Origin: Parcubacteria group bacterium LiPW_15
GTDB taxonomy: Bacteria; Patescibacteriota; Minisyncoccia; UBA6257; 2-01-FULL-56-20
NCBI GenBank assembly: GCA_007375645.1
Contig: VMER01000001.1
Span: 69,139-133,138 of the forward strand
Reading direction: 5' to 3'
Length of the DNA: 64,000 nt
Each line of letters opens with the position of its first letter. The stretch's first letter is position 1. The notes under the pieces are model-generated. The model made no database searches, was not told the origin of the DNA, and worked only from the letters and a program-made list of their open reading frames with translations. Position numbers and translations under genes: made by a program. Positions 43,465 through 53,285 of this stretch are shown here, piece by piece.

Positions 43465-43647
43465 TTACTTCGACGCGGGTTCGGCAGTCTCGGTCGCGGT
43501 TGCCGGAGCCTTCGGATCCGAAGCGTTCTTCGCGGGATTGAGCGCGAGCCACGCGGCGAAGCCGAGGACCAGGATTCCGGCCAAAAGACCAAGGACGAGG
43601 TGGGACGAGGCCTTCTTTTTTTCGGTGACGGACTCGAACACAGGCAT
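43465..43647 (-). CDS. hypothetical small membrane protein (60 aa)
   Basis: single TM; AGGAG directly abuts ATG, so spacing is poor. Confidence 0.25.
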   Translation of the reverse strand: MPVFESVTEKKKASSHLVLGLLAGILVLGFAAWLALNPAKNASDPKAPATATETAEPASK

Positions 43648-43716
43648 CTCCTTTTTCCTTCGTTGCGTTTCGTTGCAAAGGGTTAAGGTCGGAGAAGTAG
43701 CGGGGTGGAAATCGTA

Positions 43717-44220
43717 CTACTGCACGTACCAACCACCGTCTGGAGGCGAAGTATCGTTACTCACCGCTTCGTTGGCGAGCCCATACGACTTGAAGACGAT
43801 GGTGACTTTCTCGCCTTCGCGCCGCGGACCGGAAGTCGAGGTTATCGCGCCGACGACATCGGGAAGTCCGAGTATCGGCGGGTCCAGGCGGACCGTAACC
43901 AAGAGAACTCCGGCCCCCATGAGCGTAGCGGCGGAGTGGGTCGAGACAATCACGCCCGTTTGCGGGCCGAGGGACCGAACTTCGAGTCGCGGAACCTCGA
44001 AAACCTTGACCGCCAAGTTCTCATTCCGCCGCGTGTCGCGCGTCTTCCGATCTTCCCTCTGCGCGATGAGCGATGCGGCGAAGATGAAAAACGCAGAAAG
44101 GATCACCATGAACGGGACAATCTTCTTCGTCGGACGACAGAAGAGGACGCGGACGATGGCAACGCACAGCGAGGTGACGCCAAGGAAGGTAAAGATCAGC
44201 GAAATGTTCGAAGGCGACAT
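43717..44220 (-). CDS. hypothetical membrane-anchored protein (167 aa) in a GC-rich patch
   Basis: SD aaggat 5 nt before ATG; two N-terminal TM helices. Confidence 0.4.
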   Translation of the reverse strand: MSPSNISLIFTFLGVTSLCVAIVRVLFCRPTKKIVPFMVILSAFFIFAASLIAQREDRKTRDTRRNENLAVKVFEVPRLEVRSLGPQTGVIVSTHSAATLMGAGVLLVTVRLDPPILGLPDVVGAITSTSGPRREGEKVTIVFKSYGLANEAVSNDTSPPDGGWYVQ

Positions 44221-44537
44221 TTTATCCTTCTTTCTCGCGCAAGACGCGCGCAGATGTTTTCAAGGTTCGTTTAGGAACGCCCACATTATGTCGAATATCT
44301 AAAAAAAGTCAATTAGATTTTCCCGCCGCGTAGAAATCTAGCATCTGAGGGGATTGCCGGAGGTTCCGCGGGTGAGGCGTTTGTATTTTCCCTGTGGAGT
44401 TTTCCCGTATGGCGGGAGTCCTCGGAGTCCGATGAGCCAGGTCTTCGCAGGAATGCGAAGTCATCGGACGAGAGACAGCGAGCAGTTTTCGCCGGGGAAA
44501 CCGAATCGCGGTCCCGCCATACGGGAAAACGTAGCCA

Positions 44538-44574
44538 TTGGCAGTCTTGACACGAGATTGCCAATGACTAGAAT
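44538..44574 (+). promoter_or_regulatory. CIRCE-like operator (TTGGCAGTC-N9-GATTGCCAA) overlapping TTGACA-N16-TAGAAT promoter of hrcA-grpE-dnaK
   Basis: inverted repeat 8/9 with 9-nt spacer, matching CIRCE TTAGCACTC-N9-GAGTGCTAA architecture; -35 lies inside the spacer. Confidence 0.6.
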
Positions 44575-44582
44575 AGGTATAT

Positions 44583-45299
44583 ATGAGAGACCGGAGCGCA
44601 GAAATACTTTTGGCCGCAATAAAGGAGCACATTCATTCCGGAGAACCCATAAGCTCCGGAGATCTTTACGGCCGTTATGATTTTGGCATCAAGCCGGCGA
44701 TGATCCGCATGGAACTTTTGGATCTCACAGATCAGGGTTTTTTGGAGCAGCCCTATCATTCCGCAGGCCGGGTTCCAACCGACCGGGGTTATAAATTCTT
44801 TGCGCAGGAAATGTTAAATGAGGCTCCTGCCGACCCGCACTCCGAAATCTGGGAGACAATGCTTGCGAAGCATAATTGGAATGATTTTTTGGAGAATTTT
44901 TCAAAGACCATGGGTATGGCGGGAGTTTTGGTAGACGAAACTTTGCGCAATATCCATCGCGGAGGATTGAGATATCTCTTTGAGAATCTTGATCCAGCCG
45001 AGGACCAGGGAGAACTCGCGCAAGTCGTCGAAGATTTTGAGGATATCGGTTCGCATCTGCCGAAAGCCATTGATATGTTCGGAGAGGATTTCTGCGAGGT
45101 TCTTGTCGGGAGAAATCCGCTGACCTACAGCGACCGCCTTTCTGTGATGGCGGCGGACTACGATGTGGGCGGTCGAAAAGTATTTTTCTTCGCCATCGGT
45201 CCCAAACGAATGGATTACGAAAAAACCGCTAAAGCTTTGAAAGGTCTCAAAGAGAAAAGCACAAAGAAAAAAGCAATTAAAAAACATGGATCAAAATAA
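44583..45299 (+). CDS. hrcA: heat-inducible transcription repressor HrcA
   Basis: N-terminal wHTH (RSAEILLAAIKEHIHSGEPISSGDL); first gene of grpE-dnaK operon. Confidence 0.8.
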   Translation: MRDRSAEILLAAIKEHIHSGEPISSGDLYGRYDFGIKPAMIRMELLDLTDQGFLEQPYHSAGRVPTDRGYKFFAQEMLNEAPADPHSEIWETMLAKHNWNDFLENFSKTMGMAGVLVDETLRNIHRGGLRYLFENLDPAEDQGELAQVVEDFEDIGSHLPKAIDMFGEDFCEVLVGRNPLTYSDRLSVMAADYDVGGRKVFFFAIGPKRMDYEKTAKALKGLKEKSTKKKAIKKHGSK

Positions 45300-45834
45300 G
45301 CCTAAGGTGGACCCGAAAGATGAGCTCGAAGCCCCATCCGGGGAGATGCTCCTCGAAGAAGTAGACGAAGCAACGGATTTGAAAAAGAAGTTGGAAGACG
45401 TGGAGGCGAGGGCGGCGGAATACCTTGCCGGCTGGCAAAGAGCGAAAGCGGATTTCTCGAACTATAAGAAAGATGAGAGCCGGCGTTTCGAGGAACTCGC
45501 CAAGTACGGTTTCGCGGATCTCATGAGGGAATTCGTAAGCGTTCTGGATAGTTTTGACCTCGCAATAACAGCCCTTGAGAAGAATGGTCCGGTGGAGAAG
45601 GGAGTTTATATGATCCGGTCGCAGATAGAGGACCTTTTGGAAAAACGAGGACTTCAAAAACTCGAAGTGGAAGTCGGTTCGGATTTTGATCCCAGGGTCG
45701 CGGAAGCGGTAGCCGAAACGGAATCGGAAAAAATGCCCGGGAAGATCGTGGAAATAATCGAACCCGGATACAAACTGTTCGAAAAAATAATCAGACCAGC
45801 GCGAGTCATCGTTGGTAAAATAATCAATAAATAA
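45286..45834 (+). CDS. grpE: nucleotide exchange factor GrpE
   Basis: coiled-coil N-terminus, [20 protein letters not shown]; overlaps hrcA by 14 nt. Confidence 0.85.
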   Translation: MDQNKPKVDPKDELEAPSGEMLLEEVDEATDLKKKLEDVEARAAEYLAGWQRAKADFSNYKKDESRRFEELAKYGFADLMREFVSVLDSFDLAITALEKNGPVEKGVYMIRSQIEDLLEKRGLQKLEVEVGSDFDPRVAEAVAETESEKMPGKIVEIIEPGYKLFEKIIRPARVIVGKIINK

Positions 45835-45836
45835 AT

Positions 45837-47723
45837 ATGGCAAAAATAATCGGTATTGATCTGGGGACTACAAATTCTGCGGTCGCGGTGACCGAGGGAG
45901 GCGAACCGAAGGTATTGGAATCGAGCGAGGGCGTGAGGACCACCCCGTCTATTTCGGCGATGAGCAAGAGCAACGAAAGGCTCGTTGGAATTCTCGCTAA
46001 GCGCCAGGCGATAACCAACCCCAAGAACACTATTTTTTCGGTTAAGCGCCTTATCGGAAGGAAATTCGACGATCCGGAAGTCCAGCGCGATAAAGCCTGG
46101 TTATCCTATGATCTTCGAGCCTCCGCTTCAGGTGGCGTGGAAGTGAAAATGGGAGAGACCTGGTATTCTCCGGAAGAAATTTCCGCCTTCATTTTGGGCA
46201 AGCTTAAAGCTGACGCTGAAGCAAAGCTCGGAGAAAAAATTGAGGAAGCGGTCATAACTGTGCCGGCCTACTTCGACGACTCTCAAAGGCAGGCGACCAA
46301 GAACGCCGGAGAGATTGCGGGACTTAAAGTGAGGAGAATAATTAACGAACCGACCGCGGCCGCACTGGCTTACGGATTGAACAAACAGAAGAGCGAAAAA
46401 ATAGTTGTCTACGATTTTGGCGGAGGAACCTTCGACATTTCCGTTTTGGAAGTCGGGGATGACACCGTGGAAGTAAAATCCACCGGAGGCGACACGCACT
46501 TGGGCGGAGATGATTTTGACAAGCTCATTCAGGAATATCTGGTCGCCGAATACAAGAAACAGGAGGGGATAGATATCTCGAAAGACGCTCTGGCGCTGCA
46601 GCGTTTGAAGGAGGCGGCGGAACGTGCCAAGCATGAACTCTCGACCGCAACGGAAACCGAGATAAACCTTCCGTATATTTCTTCCGACGCGAACGGTCCA
46701 AAGCACTTCCTGATAAAGATGACCCGGGCGAAGCTCGAATCTTTGGTTAAAGATCTTATCGACCATTCCGTTCTGCTCACCAGAGAAACGGTCACTTCGG
46801 CTGCGCCCAAAGGCGCCGGCTTTAAACTTGAAGAAATAAATGAAGTTATTTTGGTCGGAGGTCAGACTCGCATGCCGGCTATCCAAGAAGCGGTCAAAAA
46901 GCTTTTCGGCAAAGATCCTCATCAGGGAATCAATCCGGATGAAGTTGTGGCCATCGGTGCCGCGGTGCAGGCCGGAATTTTACAGGGCGACGTCAAAGAT
47001 ATTTTGCTCTTGGATGTTACCCCCCTGAGCCTTTCTATCGAGACCATGGGAGGTGTCGCAACGGCAATGATCCAAAAGAATACCACCGTGCCGACTTCCA
47101 AATCGCAGATATTCTCGACTGCTGCGGACAATCAGACTTCCGTGGAGGTTCATGTAACCCAAGGAGAACGGCCGATGGCGGCGGATAACAAAACCCTCGC
47201 GCGTTTCATTTTGGACGGCATTCCGCCGTCACCGCGCGGAGTTCCGCAGATCGAAGTAAGTTTTGATATTGATGCGAACGGCATCCTGCACGTGAAAGCC
47301 GTGGATAAGGCGAGCGGTAAGAGCCAGTCGGTAAAAATCGAGGCTTCCACAAATCTCTCGAAAGATGAAATTGAGAAATTCAAACAGGACGCCGCGAAGT
47401 TTGCCGCCGAAGACACGAAGAAGAAGGAGCTTATTGAAGTCAGGAATCAAGCGGAATCTATTTCATATCTTACGGAGAAGTCCTTGAAGGACGCCGGAGA
47501 TAAAATAAGCGAGGATGTTAAAGCGTCGATAACCGAGAAGCTCGAGAACTTGAAAAAGCTTAAAGACAGCGAAGATGTTGAAGCGATCAAATCCGCTTCC
47601 GACGCGCTTTCCTCGGAAATTCAAAAAATAGGCCAATCCGGCTATAATAATAAAGATGGAGGAAACGGAGAAAATCAGCCCGGCCCAGATGCGGGGCAAG
47701 GACCTTCTGAGCCAGCTTCCTAA
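45837..47723 (+). CDS. dnaK: chaperone DnaK (Hsp70)
   Basis: [29 protein letters not shown]. Confidence 0.95.
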   Translation: MAKIIGIDLGTTNSAVAVTEGGEPKVLESSEGVRTTPSISAMSKSNERLVGILAKRQAITNPKNTIFSVKRLIGRKFDDPEVQRDKAWLSYDLRASASGGVEVKMGETWYSPEEISAFILGKLKADAEAKLGEKIEEAVITVPAYFDDSQRQATKNAGEIAGLKVRRIINEPTAAALAYGLNKQKSEKIVVYDFGGGTFDISVLEVGDDTVEVKSTGGDTHLGGDDFDKLIQEYLVAEYKKQEGIDISKDALALQRLKEAAERAKHELSTATETEINLPYISSDANGPKHFLIKMTRAKLESLVKDLIDHSVLLTRETVTSAAPKGAGFKLEEINEVILVGGQTRMPAIQEAVKKLFGKDPHQGINPDEVVAIGAAVQAGILQGDVKDILLLDVTPLSLSIETMGGVATAMIQKNTTVPTSKSQIFSTAADNQTSVEVHVTQGERPMAADNKTLARFILDGIPPSPRGVPQIEVSFDIDANGILHVKAVDKASGKSQSVKIEASTNLSKDEIEKFKQDAAKFAAEDTKKKELIEVRNQAESISYLTEKSLKDAGDKISEDVKASITEKLENLKKLKDSEDVEAIKSASDALSSEIQKIGQSGYNNKDGGNGENQPGPDAGQGPSEPAS

Positions 47724-48678
47724 GGCTCCTTTAATAACCGCGCCGAAGAATCTTGTTAAGTCCATTATCTTGGATGCGGTGATTGTGATCCTCGCGGTAG
47801 TTTCCGGAATTTTTTTCGCTTCGTATTTGGCCGGCCTAAAGACCCTTGTCTGGCCGCTTGTTTCCGTCGGCGTGTTTATGGCCTTTTCGGTTCTGGGCAC
47901 TTTGCTTACCAATGATCTCTGGCATCGATTGTTGGTAATTGTCCTCGCGTCGTTGGGCTTTCTTGTGTCCTTCCTGGGAGCTCCTTTGAATCTCTTGGGC
48001 GCCTCCCTCGCGGTCATGATAATTCTCTTAGTCTGGGGAGAATATTTGAGCCGAGAGGATGCGGCAAATAGCGTGGAGATAAGATTCTTTCGCGTGACCA
48101 AACGGCCCTTAAGTAAAATGCTGACCGCGATCGCGATCGTCGCAATAATCCTTTACGTTCCGACCTGGAACAAGAAAACTATATTTATCTCCCAGTCCAC
48201 GTTTGATTCCATTTACAGTTGGTCCTCAAAGTTCGCGCAAGGATTATATCCGGAATATAAGTTGGATTCGGATCTTGGAACATTCGCGAGAAGCGTGGCC
48301 AAGAGCCAGCTCGAGCGCAACATGAATTTTTCGCTTTTGCCGACCGCCATAAAAGAAAAGACCCTTAACGACCTCGGAGGCCAGATAGTCGGAAATTTAA
48401 GTAAGTTTTTCGGATTTACTTTGGACGCGAAAAACACTTTCGGAGATGCGATCTACGCGTTCATCAATAAGTCCCTCGCGGATCTTAAGGGCAAATTCGG
48501 GGCAACGTTCATAACCGTTTGGGCTATCGCCGTGTTCTTGTTCGTGCGGGGTGTCGCCACGCTTTTCGGATATCTGGTTTCTTTCCTATCGTTCCTCATC
48601 TATCACGCGCTGATCGCATTTCAGGTGATCCGTGTTAGAACGGAGAACAAGCCGCATGAGATAGTGGAATTCTTTTAA
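47689..48678 (+). CDS. hypothetical membrane protein between dnaK and dnaJ (start uncertain, ORF opens at 47656)
   Basis: 6 or more hydrophobic helices; overlaps dnaK 3-prime end. Confidence 0.45.
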   Translation: MRGKDLLSQLPKAPLITAPKNLVKSIILDAVIVILAVVSGIFFASYLAGLKTLVWPLVSVGVFMAFSVLGTLLTNDLWHRLLVIVLASLGFLVSFLGAPLNLLGASLAVMIILLVWGEYLSREDAANSVEIRFFRVTKRPLSKMLTAIAIVAIILYVPTWNKKTIFISQSTFDSIYSWSSKFAQGLYPEYKLDSDLGTFARSVAKSQLERNMNFSLLPTAIKEKTLNDLGGQIVGNLSKFFGFTLDAKNTFGDAIYAFINKSLADLKGKFGATFITVWAIAVFLFVRGVATLFGYLVSFLSFLIYHALIAFQVIRVRTENKPHEIVEFF

Positions 48679-48711
48679 TCGCAAAACGCGCTATATGTAT
48701 CGGGGAACATA

Positions 48712-49809
48712 ATGAATAAAGACTATTATAAAACTTTAGGAGTTGATAAAAACGCCTCAGCAGAAGAAATAAAAAAAGCCTTTCGAAAACTCGCCCATCA
48801 ACACCATCCGGACAAGGAGCACGGCGATGAGGCGAAGTTCAAGGAAATAAACGAGGCGTATCAGGTTCTAAGCGATAAAAACAAAAGAGAGTATTACGAC
48901 CGTTTCGGCACTGAGCCGGGAGCGGGTTTCGGCCAGGCTGGCGGCAATCCATTCGCCGGATTCGGTTTCGGCGGACAAAATATGGGAGGTTTTGATTTTA
49001 ACGGAGCGGACTTCGGCGACCTAGGTGATATTTTCGAATCTCTTTTCGGCGGAATGGGCGGAGGGCAAAGACAAAAGAGAAAAACTTATCGGCACGGTTC
49101 CGATCTCCAAACTGCTATCGAACTGAATTTGGAAGACGCTTTTTATGGCGCCGTAAAGGAGATAAGGATTAAAACGGCAGTTACGTGCGATGCCTGCAGG
49201 GGCAAGGGCGGAGACCCGGCGGAGGGCATGGCCGCGTGTTCAACCTGTAACGGCCGGGGGGAGGTGAATGAAGAGAGGCGCACCATTTTCGGAAGTTTTT
49301 CTCAGGTGAAAATCTGTCCCGCCTGCCAAGGATATGGAGAGATGCCCAAAAAGATATGCTCGGTCTGTAGGGGTGTCGGCCGAGTTTCGGGCGAAAGAAA
49401 AATATCTTTAGAGATCTTACCTGGAATTTCAGACGGACAGATGGTTCAAGTGAAGGGCGCGGGGGAGGCCGGAGAAAGGGGAAATCCGGCAGGCGAGCTT
49501 TACGTAAAAATAAAAATAAAACCACATCACGTTTTCGAAAGAAGCGGAGATGATCTGGTGATAAAAAAGGAGGTAAAAATTTCGGATATTCTGCTCGGAA
49601 AAGAAATCGAACTTCCAACCATTGAAGGGAAACTCATAAAAACGGAGATAGAACCCGGCACGGATCTGAAATCAAATATTCGCATAAAAGGAGAGGGCAT
49701 GCCCCGTTTCGGTCGGTCCGGCAGGGGAGATATACTTTTGAATCTTATTTTGAAAGCTCCGAAGAAACCCGGAGGAAAGCTGAGGGAGGCGTTGGAGGAT
49801 TTGGATTAA
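48712..49809 (+). CDS. dnaJ: chaperone DnaJ
   Basis: J domain HHPDK, G/F region, four CxxCxGxG repeats. Confidence 0.9.
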   Translation: MNKDYYKTLGVDKNASAEEIKKAFRKLAHQHHPDKEHGDEAKFKEINEAYQVLSDKNKREYYDRFGTEPGAGFGQAGGNPFAGFGFGGQNMGGFDFNGADFGDLGDIFESLFGGMGGGQRQKRKTYRHGSDLQTAIELNLEDAFYGAVKEIRIKTAVTCDACRGKGGDPAEGMAACSTCNGRGEVNEERRTIFGSFSQVKICPACQGYGEMPKKICSVCRGVGRVSGERKISLEILPGISDGQMVQVKGAGEAGERGNPAGELYVKIKIKPHHVFERSGDDLVIKKEVKISDILLGKEIELPTIEGKLIKTEIEPGTDLKSNIRIKGEGMPRFGRSGRGDILLNLILKAPKKPGGKLREALEDLD

Positions 49810-50162
49810 ATACTTCCCTTGTGCGGAGATTGATCACCACTACCGATCCATCTGGTTTCTTCTAGATTTCCACTTGCGTCATATAGATATTCTTCTATTC
49901 CTTCCGGTTCATCGCCTTCGGGATTCTGCGCTGGTCCATTAGCCCAAATTTTCCTTAGGAGGCGCCCTTCAACATCCCGTTCGTATGTGACTTGTTCGTA
50001 CTGATCGCCGTTCTCATCTTTCCAAACCTCTGTGGCCAGCAATCTTCCTTGGGGCCACCCTAGGTAGCCCTCTGCGTGGGTACCTATTAACTTTCCCTGA
50101 AGGAAAATAGGACGTTCTTCGATCACTATTCTTTCTTTGGTTTTCGGCAGTTTTTCGCTCAT
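49806..50162 (-). CDS. hypothetical protein with MORN/YwqK-like repeats (start uncertain, ORF opens at 50240)
   Basis: repeated G.W..W..G pattern; convergent 4-nt overlap with dnaJ. Confidence 0.35.
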   Translation of the reverse strand: MSEKLPKTKERIVIEERPIFLQGKLIGTHAEGYLGWPQGRLLATEVWKDENGDQYEQVTYERDVEGRLLRKIWANGPAQNPEGDEPEGIEEYLYDASGNLEETRWIGSGDQSPHKGSI

Positions 50163-50211
50163 TGGTAATTTATTATGGAACGGTGCCTCCACAAAGCGCA
50201 AGCGCTCAAGG

Positions 50212-50231
50212 CCTGCCTGCCGGTAGGCAGG
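50212..50231. repeat. palindrome cctgcctgccggtaggcagg, copy of the 2094-2119 hairpin
   Basis: 19/20 identical to the core of 2098-2117. Confidence 0.5.
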
Positions 50232-50385
50232 GAATCTCACGCGCTCATTTTATTCGCTTCTCACAACCCTCGGTTTTTTGAGTGATTTCTCTCGGAAGTA
50301 CCCGGGATTACGCATCTCTAAGTCGCTATCGCTCCAAGAGCTGCGAGAACTACACTCCGACCCCTTCCACTGTTCGATTCCCTAG

Positions 50386-50420
50386 AAACAAGAAAAACAA
50401 AACACCCGAGAAATTCGGGT
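50386..50420 (-). terminator. intrinsic terminator downstream of tRNA-Lys
   Basis: minus strand acccgaatttctcgggt followed by gttttgtttttcttgttt. Confidence 0.45.
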
Positions 50421-50432
50421 ATTTTGTTTTTG

Positions 50433-50503
50433 TGCCCCCACAAGGAATCGAACCTTGATCAATTGCTTAAAAGGCAACTGCTTTACCACTAAGCTATGGG
50501 GGC
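50433..50503 (-). tRNA. tRNA-Lys (anticodon TTT)
   Basis: RC folds: acceptor GCCCCCA/TGGGGGC, D-arm GCTTAGTGGTAAAGC, anticodon loop CTTTTAA, T-arm AAGGTTCGATTCCTT, discriminator A; CCA not encoded. Confidence 0.8.
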
Positions 50504-50599
50504 CTATTCTTCGCCCAATTATATCGACTTCGAAAGGCGGACAATATCGAGATAAATACTACAACAATCAGGACGTCTAGTAAATACTAAAAAACGGGG

Positions 50600-50944
50600 T
50601 CAGATGACCCCGTACCTCCGTTTGGCTTCGCGTCTCCGCTCGAACTCTTCAAAAGGGACGACCGTTCTTCGCGAGACGAGTGTCGGTTTCTCATCCGGCT
50701 CTCCATCTCGGTTTTTCCCTGCGCTTTCCACTACGGTGCGAATCGCATAGAGATTGAGAGCCACAAGCAATCCAACCCCGATCACGAACGAGACGACACC
50801 GAGTGTGGTAGGAAGACGTTTTGCGGAGTATAGGAGAAAACAAGCGGAAAAGATGAAGACGATAGAAGCTTTTCCGGCGAAAGGCGATCTTCGATATCGG
50901 CGGACGAAGGTCTTCCAGCCCAGTTTTGCACGCGATAGATACAC
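50600..50944 (-). CDS. hypothetical small membrane protein (114 aa)
   Basis: SD ggggaggag 8 nt before ATG; two TM helices. Confidence 0.45.
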   Translation of the reverse strand: MYLSRAKLGWKTFVRRYRRSPFAGKASIVFIFSACFLLYSAKRLPTTLGVVSFVIGVGLLVALNLYAIRTVVESAGKNRDGEPDEKPTLVSRRTVVPFEEFERRREAKRRYGVI

Positions 50945-51030
50945 GTTCTCCTCCCCATATCAATCAGGCTGGGATCATATTGCGTCCGTTCCTCAAACAA
51001 AGCAAGCTTCGGGCCGGGCGGTTCACATTT

Positions 51031-51059
51031 TTGACGAAGCGGCCCGTATTTGTTAATCT
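51031..51059 (+). promoter_or_regulatory. putative sigma-70 promoter TTGACG-N17-TAATCT for secD (leaderless or near-leaderless)
   Basis: -10 ends about 9 nt before ATG at 51068; no SD. Confidence 0.4.
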
Positions 51060-51067
51060 GTTTTTCA

Positions 51068-52315
51068 ATGCGTAAATATTCTGGATTCTTTTTAACACTC
51101 ATTGTTCTGGTCGCTATAGTTTCCGCTTTCTTCGCATATCCGAAGGGATTTGGGGCCAAGAATATACCCTGGAGATTGGGCTTGGATCTGGTCGGCGGAA
51201 GCCATCTGGTCTATGAAGTCGATCTTTCGGGTGTTACCTCCGGCGACAGGGATTCCGTTTTGAACGGTCTAAGAGATGTAATTGAACGCAGAGTTAACCT
51301 TTTCGGCGTCAGCGAGCCGCAGGTGAATATCAGCAAGTCCGGGGAAAAGTCCGAACTCATTGTTGAGCTTGCCGGCATCAAAGACGTAAGCCAGGCGATA
51401 AAGGAAATCGGGACTACTCCGATGTTGGATTTTCGCGAAGTCGAAGGAGAGGGGACCAGCACTCAATTCATCCGGACCAATCTTACCGGCCGTTATATAA
51501 GCGGCGCGGAATTGACGTTTGATCCGAACACCAATGCTCCGCAGGTGTCCATGACCTTCAATGAAGAGGGAGGGAAAATTTTTGAAGAGATGACCGGCGC
51601 GAATGTCGGCAAGACCATTGCTATTTTCCTGGACGACCAACTTATCGAGGCGCCTGTGGTCCAACAGAAGATTTCCGGAGGAAAGGCGCAAATAACAGGC
51701 CGCTTTACCGTTGAATCGGCGAGGCTCTTAGTAGAACGTTTTAACGCCGGAGCTTTGCCCGCGCCGATAAGTCTCGTGAACCAGCAGACCGTGAGCCCCG
51801 CCTTGGGAGGAAACTTCCTGAACAAAGCCATTTTCGCCGGCTTAGTCGGAACGCTTCTCATAATCCTCTTCATGCTCATTTACTACCGCGGCTTGGGATT
51901 TTTCGCGGCTGCCGCGCTCCTTATATACATCGCTATCACCTTGGGTATCTTTAAACTCATCGGCGTAACGATGTCTCTTGCGGGACTTGCCGGTTTCATT
52001 ATTACTATCGGCATGGCTGTGGACGCGAACATCTTGGTCTTCGAACGCATCAAAGAAGAACTCAAGAAGGGCCTGTCTAAAGCCGCCGCGGTGCACGAAG
52101 GCTTCCGCCACGCCTGGCCGTCCATTAAAGACTCCAATACTTCCACTATAATTACGGCGGTCATTCTTTACTTCCTGACCACGAGCTTCGTTAAGGGCTT
52201 TGCGCTTACGCTCTTGATCGGTGTGGCCGTTTCCATGTTCAGCGCCATAACTACCACCAGGCTTCTTCTTCAGGTATTCGTCGAAAACCGCAAACCAAAA
52301 CAGACCAATGCTTAA
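51068..52315 (+). CDS. secD: protein translocase subunit SecD (ORF opens at TTG 51050)
   Basis: LGLDLVGGSHLVYEVD, C-terminal 6-TM domain. Confidence 0.85.
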   Translation: MRKYSGFFLTLIVLVAIVSAFFAYPKGFGAKNIPWRLGLDLVGGSHLVYEVDLSGVTSGDRDSVLNGLRDVIERRVNLFGVSEPQVNISKSGEKSELIVELAGIKDVSQAIKEIGTTPMLDFREVEGEGTSTQFIRTNLTGRYISGAELTFDPNTNAPQVSMTFNEEGGKIFEEMTGANVGKTIAIFLDDQLIEAPVVQQKISGGKAQITGRFTVESARLLVERFNAGALPAPISLVNQQTVSPALGGNFLNKAIFAGLVGTLLIILFMLIYYRGLGFFAAAALLIYIAITLGIFKLIGVTMSLAGLAGFIITIGMAVDANILVFERIKEELKKGLSKAAAVHEGFRHAWPSIKDSNTSTIITAVILYFLTTSFVKGFALTLLIGVAVSMFSAITTTRLLLQVFVENRKPKQTNA

Positions 52316-53207
52316 CGTTAACGTAATCGGCAAAAGAAAAATTTATCTCTCCATCTCCGGCGTTTTGGTGGGAGCGGCCATTTTGGCCATAATCGTTTTT
52401 GGTTTCCGAGAGGGGATCGATTTCACCGGCGGAACGCTTTGGCAGTTCAAGGCGCCGAATGTCGCAATAGAAGATGTTTCCAAATCGTTCGTGGAGGATC
52501 TGAAGATAAATGACGCGAAACTTACATATGACGCTACCGCGGGAATGTTTTTCGCGCGGCTCAAGGACGTGACGGAAGTGGAGCACCAAGATTTTATCAA
52601 AACTCTTTCCGCCAAATATGACGGTTTTGAGGAATTGAGTTTTTCTTCCATCGGGCCCTCGGTTGGCGCGGATCTTCGCCAAAAATCTATTCTGGCGTTA
52701 GCTTTGGTGCTTTTGGGAATCTCGCTTTATATTGCTTTTGCTTTCCGCAAAGTTTATCAACCGATCAGCTCGTTTAAATACGGCATAACTACTCTTATCT
52801 CTTTGCTTCACGATGTGGCGATCCCTGCCGGGCTTTTGGCCATCCTTGGGTATTACGGCACCGTGGAAATCGATACGAACTTTATCGTCGCTCTTTTGGT
52901 GGTCATGGGTTTTTCCGTGCACGACACCATCGTGGTTTTCGATCGTATCCGCGAAAATCTTTTGCTCTATAGGACCAAGAAAGAATTCGGCGAGATAATC
53001 AACGATAGCGTAAACCAAACTTTGGCCCGCTCCATTAACACCTCTCTGACCCTTATCTTGGTGCTTCTGGCGCTCTTGTTCCTCGGCCCCGCGAACCTTC
53101 ACTATTTCGTTCTCACCCTGCTTGTCGGCGTGACCGTAGGTATCTATTCCTCCATCTTCGTGGCTTCGCCTTTGCTTTACGTTTGGCATAAGTTTGCCTC
53201 CAGATAG
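52308..53207 (+). CDS. secF: protein translocase subunit SecF
   Basis: GIDFTGGT, 6 TM, overlaps secD by 8 nt. Confidence 0.85.
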   Translation: MLNVNVIGKRKIYLSISGVLVGAAILAIIVFGFREGIDFTGGTLWQFKAPNVAIEDVSKSFVEDLKINDAKLTYDATAGMFFARLKDVTEVEHQDFIKTLSAKYDGFEELSFSSIGPSVGADLRQKSILALALVLLGISLYIAFAFRKVYQPISSFKYGITTLISLLHDVAIPAGLLAILGYYGTVEIDTNFIVALLVVMGFSVHDTIVVFDRIRENLLLYRTKKEFGEIINDSVNQTLARSINTSLTLILVLLALLFLGPANLHYFVLTLLVGVTVGIYSSIFVASPLLYVWHKFASR

Positions 53208-53285
53208 GACGACGTTTGCTCTTGGGTTTTAAGGGCCTTGACATCCCTAGGTCTAAAAGGTTATAATTCTGCCATAACTAAAAAC

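Noticed and set aside
43376-44302. Long plus-strand ORFs 43538-44302 and 43705-44274, and minus-strand 43376-43732, rich in Arg, Gly and Asp
   Set aside because: Their low-complexity Arg-rich composition is typical of out-of-frame translation of GC-rich DNA. The minus-strand gene 43717-44220 has an SD and TM helices and is preferred.
46128-47416. Minus-strand ORFs inside dnaK (for example 46128-46922, 264 aa)
   Set aside because: They are antisense to a highly conserved Hsp70 gene and have no SD or recognisable domains.
50340-50400. Plus-strand GTTCGATTCC T-loop-like motif at 50371-50380 suggesting a second tRNA or tmRNA 3-prime end
   Set aside because: The flanking sequence cannot form a T-stem or acceptor stem (cactg versus cccta).
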